A DNA stretch of 64,000 nt from Candidatus Cloacimonadales bacterium (GTDB lineage: Bacteria; Cloacimonadota; Cloacimonadia; Cloacimonadales; JAFGVF01), in contig OY759729.1 of assembly GCA_963662585.1 (NCBI GenBank), positions 704,001-768,000 on the forward strand, given 5' to 3'. Under the pieces are notes generated by a model, which was not told the origin of the DNA, did not search any database, and saw nothing but the letters and a program-made list of their open reading frames with translations. The position numbers were made by a program, and so were the translations under genes. Positions 17,891 to 28,632 of the stretch are shown here, piece after piece (the stretch's first letter is position 1; each line of letters opens with the position of its first letter).

Positions 17891-20740
17891 CTATTTTTGT
17901 GGGAATATATCAAGTAAGAATGTTATTTTCGCAGTAGAAAGGATAGTTCCTACAATGATGAAAAATAGAATAATAAACTTGAAGTAATCTTGAGCTTTAA
18001 GTGTTCCAAGAATCATAGGTTCCTTAGACATATAAGCAGAAGCTGCGTATAACTCTTCACCAATAAGTGTATAGTCACAAGTAGTAATGAAGAAAGGAAT
18101 TTGTGTAACTGAGTCAGTACCAGCAATCTGAATAGCTCCAGTAATGTTACCTGTTTCAGTCATAAGTAATGATTCAGCAAAATAAGAACCCATATAGAAG
18201 TTAGTAGCAGTCTTTTCACGAATCATGATACCATTAACACCAGCCACATAAGCAAATTGGTCAGTAGTAACAAAGAAAACTGAGTTCTTATCGAAAGTAT
18301 CAGGTCTTCCTGCTTCGATATGAGCTTCTTTAACGATTTCTTGAGCAATAGGCATTAAGATATAGTCTCTAGTAGGGACTAAAATTCTAGTATCATATTC
18401 AGCTGCTTTTTTAGCAACTTTACCAAGAATAGAGAGAGCAGCTAGAGTAGCCACCACACTAATACTGGACATACCAGGAACGAAAAGGATAGGTCTACCC
18501 ATTTCTGTAGCACGACCGATAGCATTATCAATTTCTTGAATACCTGCAATAGGTCTGATATAGAGATCTACGCCTTTTTTAGCTAAGTTAACATAAACAC
18601 CAACTAAAATAGCAAAGATAACTGAAGCTACCAATCCAGCCCATTTCTCATGATCAAATTGATTTGAGATAGGAGTGAAGTATTGGAAAGTACCATCATC
18701 ATTTTTAGGTAATTCGTAAGAAGAGAAAAGACCTTTATTATTAGTAGTAAATACTTTATATGACTTTTGTCTTAAAGAACTATCTCTATATTTTCTAACT
18801 AGTTTAATCCAGTTATTATCACTAATATTTTTATCTAATTCTGTTTGTAAGCTTACTAAATTTGCTTGGTATTCTTCAAGAATTTTCATCTCATTTTGAG
18901 CTGTTGTTGCTGCAATTTCAGCTTTAACATTTTCGATTTCAGCAGCTAAAAGTTCTTTAGATTTTGAAGCAAATTTACTTAAGTAAAGAGCTTTCTCTGC
19001 TCTAGCATCGTACCAAACTTGAATTCCGTCAGGAGTAAGAACTTTACCTGACTCAGCATCGAAAGCTACTACAGATTCATAAATATATCTCTCGTAACTA
19101 ATAACATCACTATAGTTGTTCATTTTACCAACAACTTTAGCTGCTACAGTAACAAAATTAGGAGATGCTTCTTTAGCATAGACTTCATAATTAAATGAAT
19201 TTAGATTAATATCTTCTTTAGTAATTGCTGATGGGATAAGAGCTTTTAAGATTTTATCAAACTTCAATGTTTGATAGAAAGTATAAGGTTCTGTCTCAGG
19301 ATTGTTGGTTGTTACCAAAATCTCAGCATGAATAACATTATTATCATAATCTTCTGGAAGAGATAATTTAATTATATTATTAAGATAGAACTCATTATGA
19401 GTAAAGAATGGCTCATCTTGACCATCGATAGTTAATTTAATATCAAATGATTTTAATTTTTCTGCTTTGTAATCAAAGAAATCATAGTTAACTACTAAGA
19501 ACTTTCCAAGTTTTTCAACAAAAGAAGTCTTTGTAATTTCAACTACAGGTTTTTCCCATACAACAATTTGAGTATCACCTTTATCATTAGGAACATCAAA
19601 TACATTAAAAGTAGGAACTTTTGGGGTTTCTTTTATACTAGCAGTTTGAATAGTTTTTGCTTTTCCAATAGAATTATCATTGAGGAAGAAAGTTTGACCA
19701 CTATTAGCCTGAATAGCCACAACGATATTTTCAATATTTTCAGGATCAATAACAAATTTTGCTTCTTCGTTTTTTAAGCAATAAAGGCCATCTTCTAATA
19801 CGATAGGTGCAGAATATTTAGCATATTCATTGATTTGTCCATCTAAAGTAATAATAAATGGTTCACTACCTTGATAAGGGTTCTCTTCAGTTGCATCGAA
19901 GTAGCTTCTAGCAAGATCAAGTTCATCTGTAAAAAGATAAATAGCGGCTTGACTAGCATAGCTACCAACACTATTTTCCCAATCAAAGTTTAAAGAAACT
20001 GGAGTTAGGCCATCTGTTACTAACACACTATAAAGTTCTTTTGCAGGTGTAAGTAATGGATCACTAATAGGAGTTCCACTAACAATAACTGAAGGAGTTA
20101 AGTATTTTCTTGTTTCGTTAATAGGAACAATACTATAATAATATGTTACTCCTTCTTTAACTCTTGCTAAGATACTTACATTACCTAGTGGGTAACCTGA
20201 GAATAACTCTTCATCAAGTGTTACTTCATCGTATCTGCTGTAATAAACACCTTTGTCAATTTGAGCGATAAAAGTGAATTTTCCATTAGCTTGAGCTAAA
20301 ACTTCTAAGTCACGAGGGTAACCATTATTAGTGGTACCAAAATAGTTAGTAGTTTCGTTAAGTGGTTTTACTTTACCATCTGTAACTAATCTGCCTGGGC
20401 AAGATTTGTCTACAAAAGGTTTAAAGCCACTATCTAAATAAGTTATTTCTTCGCCGGCAAATCCCACAACAGGATTTAACACAACACTTCCTGAATAGAA
20501 TAATGAGTCTGGTGTAACACCACGATAAACTCTATATTCTAAAATTTTTAAATCGTTTGGTAACGGTTTCCACTTTAAGATTAAACCACTACCTAGATCG
20601 CCAGGTACATCTTCGACAACTAAATTCTCAATTTTAGCATTTTCGACTGTAATTCCTTCAGCAAAAAGACTAAAAGAGAAACTTAAAGCTATCAAGCATA
20701 GTAGCAATGACAACCATGACTTGCTTCGGTTTTTGTGCAT
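17891..20740 (-). CDS. Large secreted FN3-like protein with C-terminal DUF6754 membrane domain (operon gene 1)
   Basis: Signal peptide from ATG 20740 (AAGGAG RBS); two DVPxDxG..I.L.W FN3-like starts; C-terminal YIRPIAG...AIGRATEMGRP...QIPFFITTCDYTLIGEELYAASAY. Confidence 0.85.
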   Translation of the reverse strand: MHKNRSKSWLSLLLCLIALSFSFSLFAEGITVENAKIENLVVEDVPGDLGSGLILKWKPLPNDLKILEYRVYRGVTPDSLFYSGSVVLNPVVGFAGEEITYLDSGFKPFVDKSCPGRLVTDGKVKPLNETTNYFGTTNNGYPRDLEVLAQANGKFTFIAQIDKGVYYSRYDEVTLDEELFSGYPLGNVSILARVKEGVTYYYSIVPINETRKYLTPSVIVSGTPISDPLLTPAKELYSVLVTDGLTPVSLNFDWENSVGSYASQAAIYLFTDELDLARSYFDATEENPYQGSEPFIITLDGQINEYAKYSAPIVLEDGLYCLKNEEAKFVIDPENIENIVVAIQANSGQTFFLNDNSIGKAKTIQTASIKETPKVPTFNVFDVPNDKGDTQIVVWEKPVVEITKTSFVEKLGKFLVVNYDFFDYKAEKLKSFDIKLTIDGQDEPFFTHNEFYLNNIIKLSLPEDYDNNVIHAEILVTTNNPETEPYTFYQTLKFDKILKALIPSAITKEDINLNSFNYEVYAKEASPNFVTVAAKVVGKMNNYSDVISYERYIYESVVAFDAESGKVLTPDGIQVWYDARAEKALYLSKFASKSKELLAAEIENVKAEIAATTAQNEMKILEEYQANLVSLQTELDKNISDNNWIKLVRKYRDSSLRQKSYKVFTTNNKGLFSSYELPKNDDGTFQYFTPISNQFDHEKWAGLVASVIFAILVGVYVNLAKKGVDLYIRPIAGIQEIDNAIGRATEMGRPILFVPGMSSISVVATLAALSILGKVAKKAAEYDTRILVPTRDYILMPIAQEIVKEAHIEAGRPDTFDKNSVFFVTTDQFAYVAGVNGIMIREKTATNFYMGSYFAESLLMTETGNITGAIQIAGTDSVTQIPFFITTCDYTLIGEELYAASAYMSKEPMILGTLKAQDYFKFIILFFIIVGTILSTAKITFLLDIFPQK

Positions 20741-21311
20741 AGATTTCTCCTTATCATTATAAATAAGCTTTATACTAATTAAATTTAACAATTCAATAAA
20801 TTTTGTTAAATTTTTATTAATAGTTACGATTAAGCAAAAACTAACAATTATAACAAAATGAGTAATACTCACAATTTGTCAAACACTTTTTTTTGAATTT
20901 AATAATACCCTGGGTATAACTTACAGATAAATATTCGTTACTAATTATTTATCAATGACTAACAGTAATAATCTTTAACTTATAGACTTTCTAAAAGGTT
21001 TAGATAGAGGGATAAATCAATTGTTTTGGAAAGTTGAAGGGGATAATTTACGAGAGATTTTCATATTTCTAGTTTAGTATTTTTTTATTACTTATCTGGG
21101 AAAAAACTTCATAAGGATTAAGAAAAAAGTTCTTTTAAGACAAATCAAAACTAAAGAGCTTCTCTGATTTGTCGAGAAGAAAAAAATCATTGGACATAAT
21201 AACAGTATATCAAATAATTAACTTAATAACAAACTCGGATAAAGTAGTAGGCTTTGATTAAGAGTAAAGTTCTACTGCATGATTCAGGATAAAAAAATAA
21301 TAAGGATATTT

Positions 21312-22049
21312 ATGAGTAAATCAAGTTTATATGTAGTTGCTACACATATTGGTAATTGGGATGATATTACCTTAAGAGCATTGAAGGTATTAAAAGAAGT
21401 AGATTTTGTTATATGTGAAGAGAGAAAATCAGGAAGTCGCCTCCTCAGACACTATGAAATTAAGAAAGAGATTATGCTACTTAATGAGCATAGTGATAGA
21501 GAAGAGGAGAATGAAATATTTAATGAGATTTTTTTAAATGGAAAATCTGCTGCACTTATTTCAGATGCTGGGACTCCCCTCTTTGCTGATCCAGGCAATA
21601 GAATTGTCCATCGCTGTAATGATAATGGCATTCCTGTTCATCCAGTACCAGGTCCATCTTCCTTAATGGCAATGTTAATGATTAGTGGATTAAAATTAAA
21701 TAGTTTTCAGTACTGCGGTTTTTTACCTGCTAACAGAGAAGAAAGAGGTAATGCTTTAAGAAGATATCAAAAGCTAACTAATTTAGACCTAGTTTTTTTA
21801 GAAGCACCTTATCGTTTAAAACAGATCTTAAGAGATATGGAAATTGTCTTGGGTGGTCAGCGTAAAGTTATGTTAGGTTATAAACTTACCCAACCTGAAG
21901 AAAAGTTTATTGAAGGTACTATTAAGGAAATGAGATTCATGACTTCAGAACTTCCTAAAGGTGAATTCGTTCTAGTATTACCTTCAGAAAAAGAAACTTA
22001 TTATCATAAAAGCTCCAAAAGAAATAGCGATTCAGACGATGAGATATGA
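21312..22049 (+). CDS. rsmI: 16S rRNA (cytidine1402-2'-O)-methyltransferase
   Basis: LYVVATHIGNWDDITLRA, ISDAGTP..ADPG, PVPGPSS, GFLP, EAPYR; probable start 21312. Confidence 0.93.
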   Translation: MSKSSLYVVATHIGNWDDITLRALKVLKEVDFVICEERKSGSRLLRHYEIKKEIMLLNEHSDREEENEIFNEIFLNGKSAALISDAGTPLFADPGNRIVHRCNDNGIPVHPVPGPSSLMAMLMISGLKLNSFQYCGFLPANREERGNALRRYQKLTNLDLVFLEAPYRLKQILRDMEIVLGGQRKVMLGYKLTQPEEKFIEGTIKEMRFMTSELPKGEFVLVLPSEKETYYHKSSKRNSDSDDEI

Positions 22050-22804
22050 AGCAGTTAGGTAAAGATTACTTAATTCACATAAAGCAAAAGTTTCATGAGA
22101 ATGAGCTTATACTTCATGATGTTAAGCACAAGAAAGTATATCCTCTTCATATCCAGAAATTAATTACTAGTGAGTGGGAAAAAGTTACAGCAAACAAGGA
22201 TATTTTCATCTTTAATGGTTCTGTAAGTTGCTTAGATAGATTCGAGCTTGTAGAAGATAAGCTACATATTTATTATTGTGAGAGTGATTATAAGTCATAT
22301 TATGGAACTAATATCAAGAATAGCAAGATATTAAAAGATAATTCCGAGTTAGCTAATACTTTGGCAGTATGCACAGTAGTAGAGACTTCAGACCAGATGA
22401 TTATTGTTGGGAAAAGAGGTAAACATCTTGCTGAAGGCACATCATTGTGGCATGTACCAGGAGGCACTTTAGAGTATTATCCTGAGCGAGTAAATCATCC
22501 TTTTGAAGTAATGAGAAGAGAGTTGGTGGAAGAGTTAAATCTTAAAGAAATTTCAAGTATGATTTGTTTAGGTTTTGGTGAAAATCTTAACTTCAAGAAA
22601 CCTGAATTCTTGCTCTACACTACTACAAATTTAACTTCTCTTGAAATAGCAAATTCTCTTCAAGAAGCTTCTGATTTCAATGAGCATTCAGAGATAAGAT
22701 TCATTCCGAGAGACTTGATAATAGATTTTATTGCTAATAATAACTTTACCGAAATTGGCAGAGCAGTCATCCAATTATATTTAGAAATGAGAGAAAAGAA
22801 CTAA
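22046..22804 (+). CDS. NUDIX-fold hydrolase
   Basis: VPGG...RRELVEELNL Nudix-box variant; ATGA overlap with rsmI. Confidence 0.75.
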   Translation: MKQLGKDYLIHIKQKFHENELILHDVKHKKVYPLHIQKLITSEWEKVTANKDIFIFNGSVSCLDRFELVEDKLHIYYCESDYKSYYGTNIKNSKILKDNSELANTLAVCTVVETSDQMIIVGKRGKHLAEGTSLWHVPGGTLEYYPERVNHPFEVMRRELVEELNLKEISSMICLGFGENLNFKKPEFLLYTTTNLTSLEIANSLQEASDFNEHSEIRFIPRDLIIDFIANNNFTEIGRAVIQLYLEMREKN

Positions 22805-24930
22805 TGTTTGATACAATTGCTAAGATTACTAACATAAAGAAAAAGCAGATTGAAGCAGTGATTTCTCTAACAGAGGAAGGCTATACAATCCCTTTTATTG
22901 CCAGATATAGAAAAGAGCAGACAGATTACTTGGATGAAATTGAGATAAAACTAATTTTAGAAGAGTATGATAAGATAAATAAATTAAAGGCCCGTAGAGA
23001 AGAGATTATTGCTACTCTTATTGAGAGAGAACAACTTACGCCCAAGCTTAAAGCGCTTTTAGAAGAGGCTGACAAGCTAAGTCTCTTAGAAGAGATCTAC
23101 AAGCCTTACAAGAAGAAGCAAAAGACAAAAGCCATGGTGGCTAGAGAAAATGGATTAGAAGAAGTCGCTAATAGTATTAGGTATTTTAAGCAAAGAAGAG
23201 ATAGTGATTTCAGCAAGTATCTTGGTAAGAATTATGCTAATCAAGCTGAGATTATTGCAGATGCTCTTCACATCGTCATTGAAGATATTGCTAATAATCA
23301 GTACTTAAGAAATGCCCTAAAGGATATGTTTCTCCAAAGAGCTTCCCTAATTGTTGAAAAAGCTAAGGGCGAAAATCTTGACCCAGAGCAGACTTATAAG
23401 AATTATTACGATTTTAAAAAGCCCCTTAAGTATTTAGAAGCTTTTCAAACCTTAGCAATAAATAGAGGTGAAAAAGAAAAAGTCCTTAGTAGTTCTATTG
23501 AAGTAGATATTGATATTCACTTTAAGATGGAAAGAATCTTGAGAATAAGTCAAGATTTAGGCTATTATCCAGAATTACTACAGGCTATCAAAAAGGCATA
23601 TTCAGGCTCTTTAAAAGCTTCATTAAACAGAGAGATAATGAGTGAACTTACTGATAATGCTGAAAAGCGGTCTATAGAAGTTTTTGCAAGTAATTTAAGA
23701 GCCTTATTACTAAAAAGACCTTATAGAGCACATAGTGTAATGGGGCTTGATCCAGGATTTAGAACAGGTTGTAAAGTAGCTGTAATAGACCATTTTGGTA
23801 AGTTTTTAGATAGTAGCCTTATCTATCCTGTCCCTCCATTTAACAAAATAGCTGAAACAGAAAAGATAGTTCTTAATTTGATCAAAAAATATCAGATAGA
23901 TGTTATTGCAATTGGCGATGGTACTGCTTCTTATGAAACTTCAACCATAATTTCTAATATTATTCAAAAGCATAATCTTCCCACAAAATTTACTGTTATT
24001 TCAGAATCCGGAGCTTCAGTCTATTCTGCTTCAGAAATAGCTCATGATGAATTCCCTGATTTAGATCTCACAATTAGAAGTGCAATTTCCATTGCTAGAA
24101 GAGTGCTTTCTTTCCTTGATGAAATGATAAAAATCCCACCTGAATCAATAGGCGTAGGAATGTATCAACACGATGTGAATGCTAAAAGATTAAAAGAATC
24201 TCTTGATTTTGAAGTCACCTCTGTTGTGCATCATGTTGGAGTAGATTTAAACAGCTCTTCCCCCTATCTTCTCAAATTTGTGTCAGGCATTACCCCTTCT
24301 GTAGCCAAAAATATAGATAATTACCGTCAAGAAACAGGTGCTTTTTCTTCTAGGAAAGAACTATTGAAAGTGAAAGGCTTTGGACCTAAAGCTTTTGAAT
24401 TAGCTTCAGGCTTCTGCCGAGTAAGAAACTCTACTAATCCACTAGACAATACCATTATTCATCCTAATGATTACCCAAAAGTAAGTAAATTACTTCTTAC
24501 TTTGGGAGTTAAGAAGAGAATAACAAGCATAGATTACCAAGAGCTTAGAGCTATATTTAGTACTTTACCTAAACAAAAAATCATTTGTGATGAGCTATCC
24601 AGACATGATATAGACTTTATTTATTCTGCCATCGTTGAAAGAGATATTGACCCTCGGGAATCACTTCCTACAGTACAGTTATCTGACAAAGTTCCTTCCA
24701 TAGAAGATTTCACTGTAAATTCTCAATGGCAGGGAGAAGTAAAGAATGTAACAGATTTTGGACTCTTCGTTAATCTAGGCACCAAAACAGATGGATTAGT
24801 TCATGTCTCTAACTTTAATTCTAAAAAAGAAATGTTTAAAAACTACTACCCAGGAAAACTAATTCCAGTGACTGTTAAATCTGTCGATAGAGAGAGAAAT
24901 CGCATTCAACTAATATTAACCAAAATTTAG
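22804..24930 (+). CDS. tex: Tex family RNA-binding transcriptional accessory protein
   Basis: TIPFIARYRKE, GLDPGFRTGCK, ESGASVYSAS, IGVGMYQHD, HhH motifs and C-terminal S1 domain. Confidence 0.95.
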   Translation: MFDTIAKITNIKKKQIEAVISLTEEGYTIPFIARYRKEQTDYLDEIEIKLILEEYDKINKLKARREEIIATLIEREQLTPKLKALLEEADKLSLLEEIYKPYKKKQKTKAMVARENGLEEVANSIRYFKQRRDSDFSKYLGKNYANQAEIIADALHIVIEDIANNQYLRNALKDMFLQRASLIVEKAKGENLDPEQTYKNYYDFKKPLKYLEAFQTLAINRGEKEKVLSSSIEVDIDIHFKMERILRISQDLGYYPELLQAIKKAYSGSLKASLNREIMSELTDNAEKRSIEVFASNLRALLLKRPYRAHSVMGLDPGFRTGCKVAVIDHFGKFLDSSLIYPVPPFNKIAETEKIVLNLIKKYQIDVIAIGDGTASYETSTIISNIIQKHNLPTKFTVISESGASVYSASEIAHDEFPDLDLTIRSAISIARRVLSFLDEMIKIPPESIGVGMYQHDVNAKRLKESLDFEVTSVVHHVGVDLNSSSPYLLKFVSGITPSVAKNIDNYRQETGAFSSRKELLKVKGFGPKAFELASGFCRVRNSTNPLDNTIIHPNDYPKVSKLLLTLGVKKRITSIDYQELRAIFSTLPKQKIICDELSRHDIDFIYSAIVERDIDPRESLPTVQLSDKVPSIEDFTVNSQWQGEVKNVTDFGLFVNLGTKTDGLVHVSNFNSKKEMFKNYYPGKLIPVTVKSVDRERNRIQLILTKI

Positions 24931-24939
24931 GAGAGAGAA

Positions 24940-25647
24940 ATGGACTTTAAAGAACACTATAAAATTGATGCTGAATTATTTGATTATTTTGGAGCTAACC
25001 AGCTTTCTGAAAATGAGAGAAGACGCAACTACTATATATTAAAGTACTTCCCTGCACATCAAGGGGATAAAATCTTAGAAATCGGTTCAGGTAGAGGTTG
25101 GTTCTCACTTGAAATGGCAAAAAAGGGATTTGACATCACTGCTGTTGATTTATCACAAAAGAACTTAGACCTCATTCAAGAGAAGAGCAGTCGTATTAAG
25201 ACTAAATATGGAAGTGCTGAAGAGCTACCTTTTACAGAAGAGAGGTTCGATTGGATAGTAATGAATGAGGTACTTGAACATTTAGAAAACCCTAATGAAG
25301 TTATTGCCCATATTAGCAATTTCTTAACTCCTCAAGGCAAAATCTTTATCTCTGTACCTTTTAATGAGAATATTGTGCAAGAGCTTTGTATTCATTGCCA
25401 TAAAATGACTCCTCGTAGTGCTCATCTTCATTCATTTACGCTGAAAAGTTTAGAAAGATTAGCTACAGAGAATAAGCTTTTTATAGTCAACAGCTTCACT
25501 TATTTAAATAAGTTCTTTACGAAAACTGGTCTTATCTCTATCATCAAATTAATGCCTAATTGCATCTTCGAAATCAAAGACCAGTTCTTGTGTGCTCTTA
25601 ATAAGAAAGCAGAATATATTAGTTTGATTTTGATGAAAAAAAGATAA
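24940..25647 (+). CDS. Class I SAM-dependent methyltransferase
   Basis: LEIGSGRG motif I, EVLEHL, ISVP; CxxC insertion. Confidence 0.9.
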   Translation: MDFKEHYKIDAELFDYFGANQLSENERRRNYYILKYFPAHQGDKILEIGSGRGWFSLEMAKKGFDITAVDLSQKNLDLIQEKSSRIKTKYGSAEELPFTEERFDWIVMNEVLEHLENPNEVIAHISNFLTPQGKIFISVPFNENIVQELCIHCHKMTPRSAHLHSFTLKSLERLATENKLFIVNSFTYLNKFFTKTGLISIIKLMPNCIFEIKDQFLCALNKKAEYISLILMKKR

Positions 25648-25680
25648 GATAAAATTGAGAATTGAGATCAAAGAAGATGA

Positions 25681-26403
25681 GGGGCTGTCCTCAATCCGAC
25701 AGAAGAGGGATTATCACACTTCTCAACTGCCAGTTTTGGTACTGAAGTCTGAAATGCTAATTTCTAGCTCCTGAGTAGACTTAAAATGTAAAACATCGTG
25801 TTCTAGACCTCCTCAAACTCCCCGCTTTAGTGCTGAAAGCACGCTAAAAGAGGGGTGGCTGCAAAGCAGACGGGGTGTTTTCTTAAATCCCCCTCCGTGA
25901 GGAGGACACAGGGGGTGTCTTCTCTTATAATCCCTATTATATGTTATCCCTCAGGGATTTAATTTAAGAGGCTTCTTCTCAAGTATTTGCTAATTTTTTA
26001 AAAGTATGTCGCCCTTTCAGGGCTATTTTCTGGTGGTTTCCTCTAGGAGTGTCTTGCGAACACTCCCTATTATATGTTATCCCTCCGGGATTTAAGATTG
26101 ATACAAATCCCCCTCCGTGAGGAGGACACAGGGGGTGTCTTCTCTTATAATCCCTATTATATGTTATCCCTCAGGGATTTAATTTAAGAGGCTTCTTCTC
26201 AAGTATTTGCTAATTTTTTAAAAGTATGTCGCCCTTTCAGGGCTATTTTCTGGTGGTTTCCTCTAGGAGTGTCTTGCGAACACTCCCTATTATATGTTAT
26301 CCCTCCGGGATTTAAGATTGATACAAATCCCCCTCCGTGAGGGGAACACAGGGGGTGTCTTCTCTTATAATCCCTATTATATGTTCTCCCTCAGGGATTT
26401 AAG
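25681..26403. repeat. REP-module mosaic with ~221-bp tandem duplication
   Basis: Inverted parts of blocks A, B and D of the 12.8-15.5 kb array; 221-bp unit at 25885 and 26106 plus a partial third copy at 26327. Confidence 0.9.
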
Positions 26404-26465
26404 ATGCTCAAGTTCATATTTAGTGGAAATTATTAAGCAATTCCTTGCACTTTATTATTGAAATG

Positions 26466-26493
26466 AAAAAGGACTCTTCGAAAAGAGTCCCTT
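26466..26493 (-). terminator. Rho-independent terminator
   Basis: GGACTCTT-CGAA-AAGAGTCC stem with T tract on the minus strand, after the 26515 stop. Confidence 0.8.
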
Positions 26494-26514
26494 CTGCACT
26501 AAACAAGGAGTTCT

Positions 26515-28509
26515 TTAAGGTTGTTGATATATTAAATCTTCATCTCTATATCCAGGTAAGTTAAGATACCAGTCAGGGTAAGATGCACCTGATGATTCAG
26601 CCCAACTTTGGAATTTAAGATAAGCGTGATTAATCTTTTTAGTTTCATAAGGGTATTCCCAACTATCAGCGATGTTAAGAGCCCATGGATGATTATTAAT
26701 AGTTTTATAGAATCTATTTTGGTTTATATTTGTTGTATCATCATTCATACCAAACATTGCTTGATCAGCTAAGGTAGTAGGAGGATAATCTGCAAGATGA
26801 ACTTCATGTTCTCTATCTGTATCAACAAAAATAAATGGATTAAAAGGAATAGCCCATTGCCAATTTTCCATCTCTTCAGGTGTATTGAATTCGATGTTTA
26901 AGGCAATCTTTATAGGTTCAATATAAGAAACATCAGCTTGAGTATTTATGAAATTAGTTCCATTGGCTGGGATAAAGTCAAATGTGTTATTGATAAACTT
27001 AACCACTGCTTTACTTCCCTCTTCCAATATAGGATTAAAAGCTGAATGAGAAATTACTTCAGAATAAGACAAGGTATCACTTCCATCGATTATAGTCATA
27101 TTGGCTATATTAGTTGAGCTGAAAGGAAATTGAACTGCAAAACCATTTCTATAGCGTGCACCAACTGCCCTAAGTTCAAATTCTGTTATCAGATTAGTAA
27201 CTTCTCCTTCCACATTTTTATGGAAAAAGATATTATAATCCATTACCATGTCATTAAAGTCATAATCACCTTTTTGAGGCCAGAGATCTTCAAAAACTAA
27301 AGTAGAGTTTGAATAGTTATTAGTATGGAATGCTTTATCAGGATTATCTGGAAAATCATCAAATATATCTGAAATTCCATCATTGTCTCTGTCATCAGGA
27401 GTGTCAATAGGTGGTACATCATCAATATCAATTGATTCTATAGGATTTGCTGTTGCATAGAAAACAGCATCATTATAATCATCATCACCTTCACTTTTAA
27501 CTAAGTCTTCAAAAGCAAAAAGAAGTTTTTCATATTCTGCATCATATACAAGTATACTTTGTTGGTTATTATCTGGATTAAGATTTGTATTAGAGAACCA
27601 GCTACTAACAACTAAATGAGCTCCTCCGCTATACCAGCCATTATCCATAATTACCCAGCCTATTACAGTTCCAGGTTCAAATTGACCGAGATAAATTTTA
27701 TCTCCTGGAACTAAACCACCCCCACTGTTGACCATTGAAACATTAGGGAATAATATTTTCACAACATCAATATCATCTCTTGATTGGGGTGGATTCCCCT
27801 CTTGATAAGTGTAATAACCAAGGGAGTTTAGATGTCCTGCACCTTCATGAACAAAAGTTACCCAAACATCAGCAGCTTCATCAATCACTAATACATTCAA
27901 TTGATTACCTTCAGTAAGGTAGTCAGGATGGTATTGGGGAACAGGTCTGCTTTCAGGAAGAGTAGCATCAACTTTGGTTAAAAAAGCTGCATCAATAACA
28001 TCTCTTTCCATGCCTAAAGGAACACCTTGAGCATTATAATCTAATACATATTCTAAATCTGTCTTAGGAGGAGCAATAGCCTTTTTATCATTTCTAGCTT
28101 TATCGTTTATTCCTGAGCCAAACTCATAAGTTGCGCTATTATTCAAAATTGGCAACTCTAGAGAAGACATATATCCAACAACATATACTGAAGTAAGATA
28201 GGTTGGTAAAGTGACTTTAAAAGTGGCTGAACCAGAAGCTTTTGTGGAAGCTGAATCGAATAGTCTTCCACCTTCACTTGGAGCTTTATCATAAATTTTA
28301 AATGGAATATTTGCTACTCCTTGACCTTCACCATTGAATACTTTAATTTCGATGTTAACTAATTCAGTAGTTGAGTAGTTAAAATTGTCTTGAACTTGGA
28401 GATCTTCAAAATCAACAGTGGTATTATTATTTGTGTTATTATCATCACTACAGCCAAAACTTAATGCTAGTAGTGCAACAACAGTAAAAAGCATTATTAT
28501 CTTTTTCAT
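26515..28509 (-). CDS. LruC-domain (DUF4842/DUF4114) lipoprotein, paralog 2
   Basis: Lipobox SFGC; VTFVHEGAG, FEDL...DDDYND, Ca-binding DRDNDGISD, FEDLWPQKGDYDFND, PWAL, AY..F..WAESSG. Confidence 0.88.
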   Translation of the reverse strand: MKKIIMLFTVVALLALSFGCSDDNNTNNNTTVDFEDLQVQDNFNYSTTELVNIEIKVFNGEGQGVANIPFKIYDKAPSEGGRLFDSASTKASGSATFKVTLPTYLTSVYVVGYMSSLELPILNNSATYEFGSGINDKARNDKKAIAPPKTDLEYVLDYNAQGVPLGMERDVIDAAFLTKVDATLPESRPVPQYHPDYLTEGNQLNVLVIDEAADVWVTFVHEGAGHLNSLGYYTYQEGNPPQSRDDIDVVKILFPNVSMVNSGGGLVPGDKIYLGQFEPGTVIGWVIMDNGWYSGGAHLVVSSWFSNTNLNPDNNQQSILVYDAEYEKLLFAFEDLVKSEGDDDYNDAVFYATANPIESIDIDDVPPIDTPDDRDNDGISDIFDDFPDNPDKAFHTNNYSNSTLVFEDLWPQKGDYDFNDMVMDYNIFFHKNVEGEVTNLITEFELRAVGARYRNGFAVQFPFSSTNIANMTIIDGSDTLSYSEVISHSAFNPILEEGSKAVVKFINNTFDFIPANGTNFINTQADVSYIEPIKIALNIEFNTPEEMENWQWAIPFNPFIFVDTDREHEVHLADYPPTTLADQAMFGMNDDTTNINQNRFYKTINNHPWALNIADSWEYPYETKKINHAYLKFQSWAESSGASYPDWYLNLPGYRDEDLIYQQP

Positions 28510-28589
28510 ATTCCATCCTTTATTATGTGCTTTAATAATTAAAAATTAATTACTTTTGTAATTTTTACAAATATTTTTTTGTAAAAAAT

Positions 28590-28612
28590 AAGGGACTAAC
28601 AAGTAGCCCCTT
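28590..28612 (-). terminator. Probable terminator between the LruC paralogs
   Basis: AAGGG(A)CTA...TAGCCCCTT hairpin after the 28633 stop. Confidence 0.55.
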
Positions 28613-28632
28613 AAATTTCTTCTCTCTATAAA

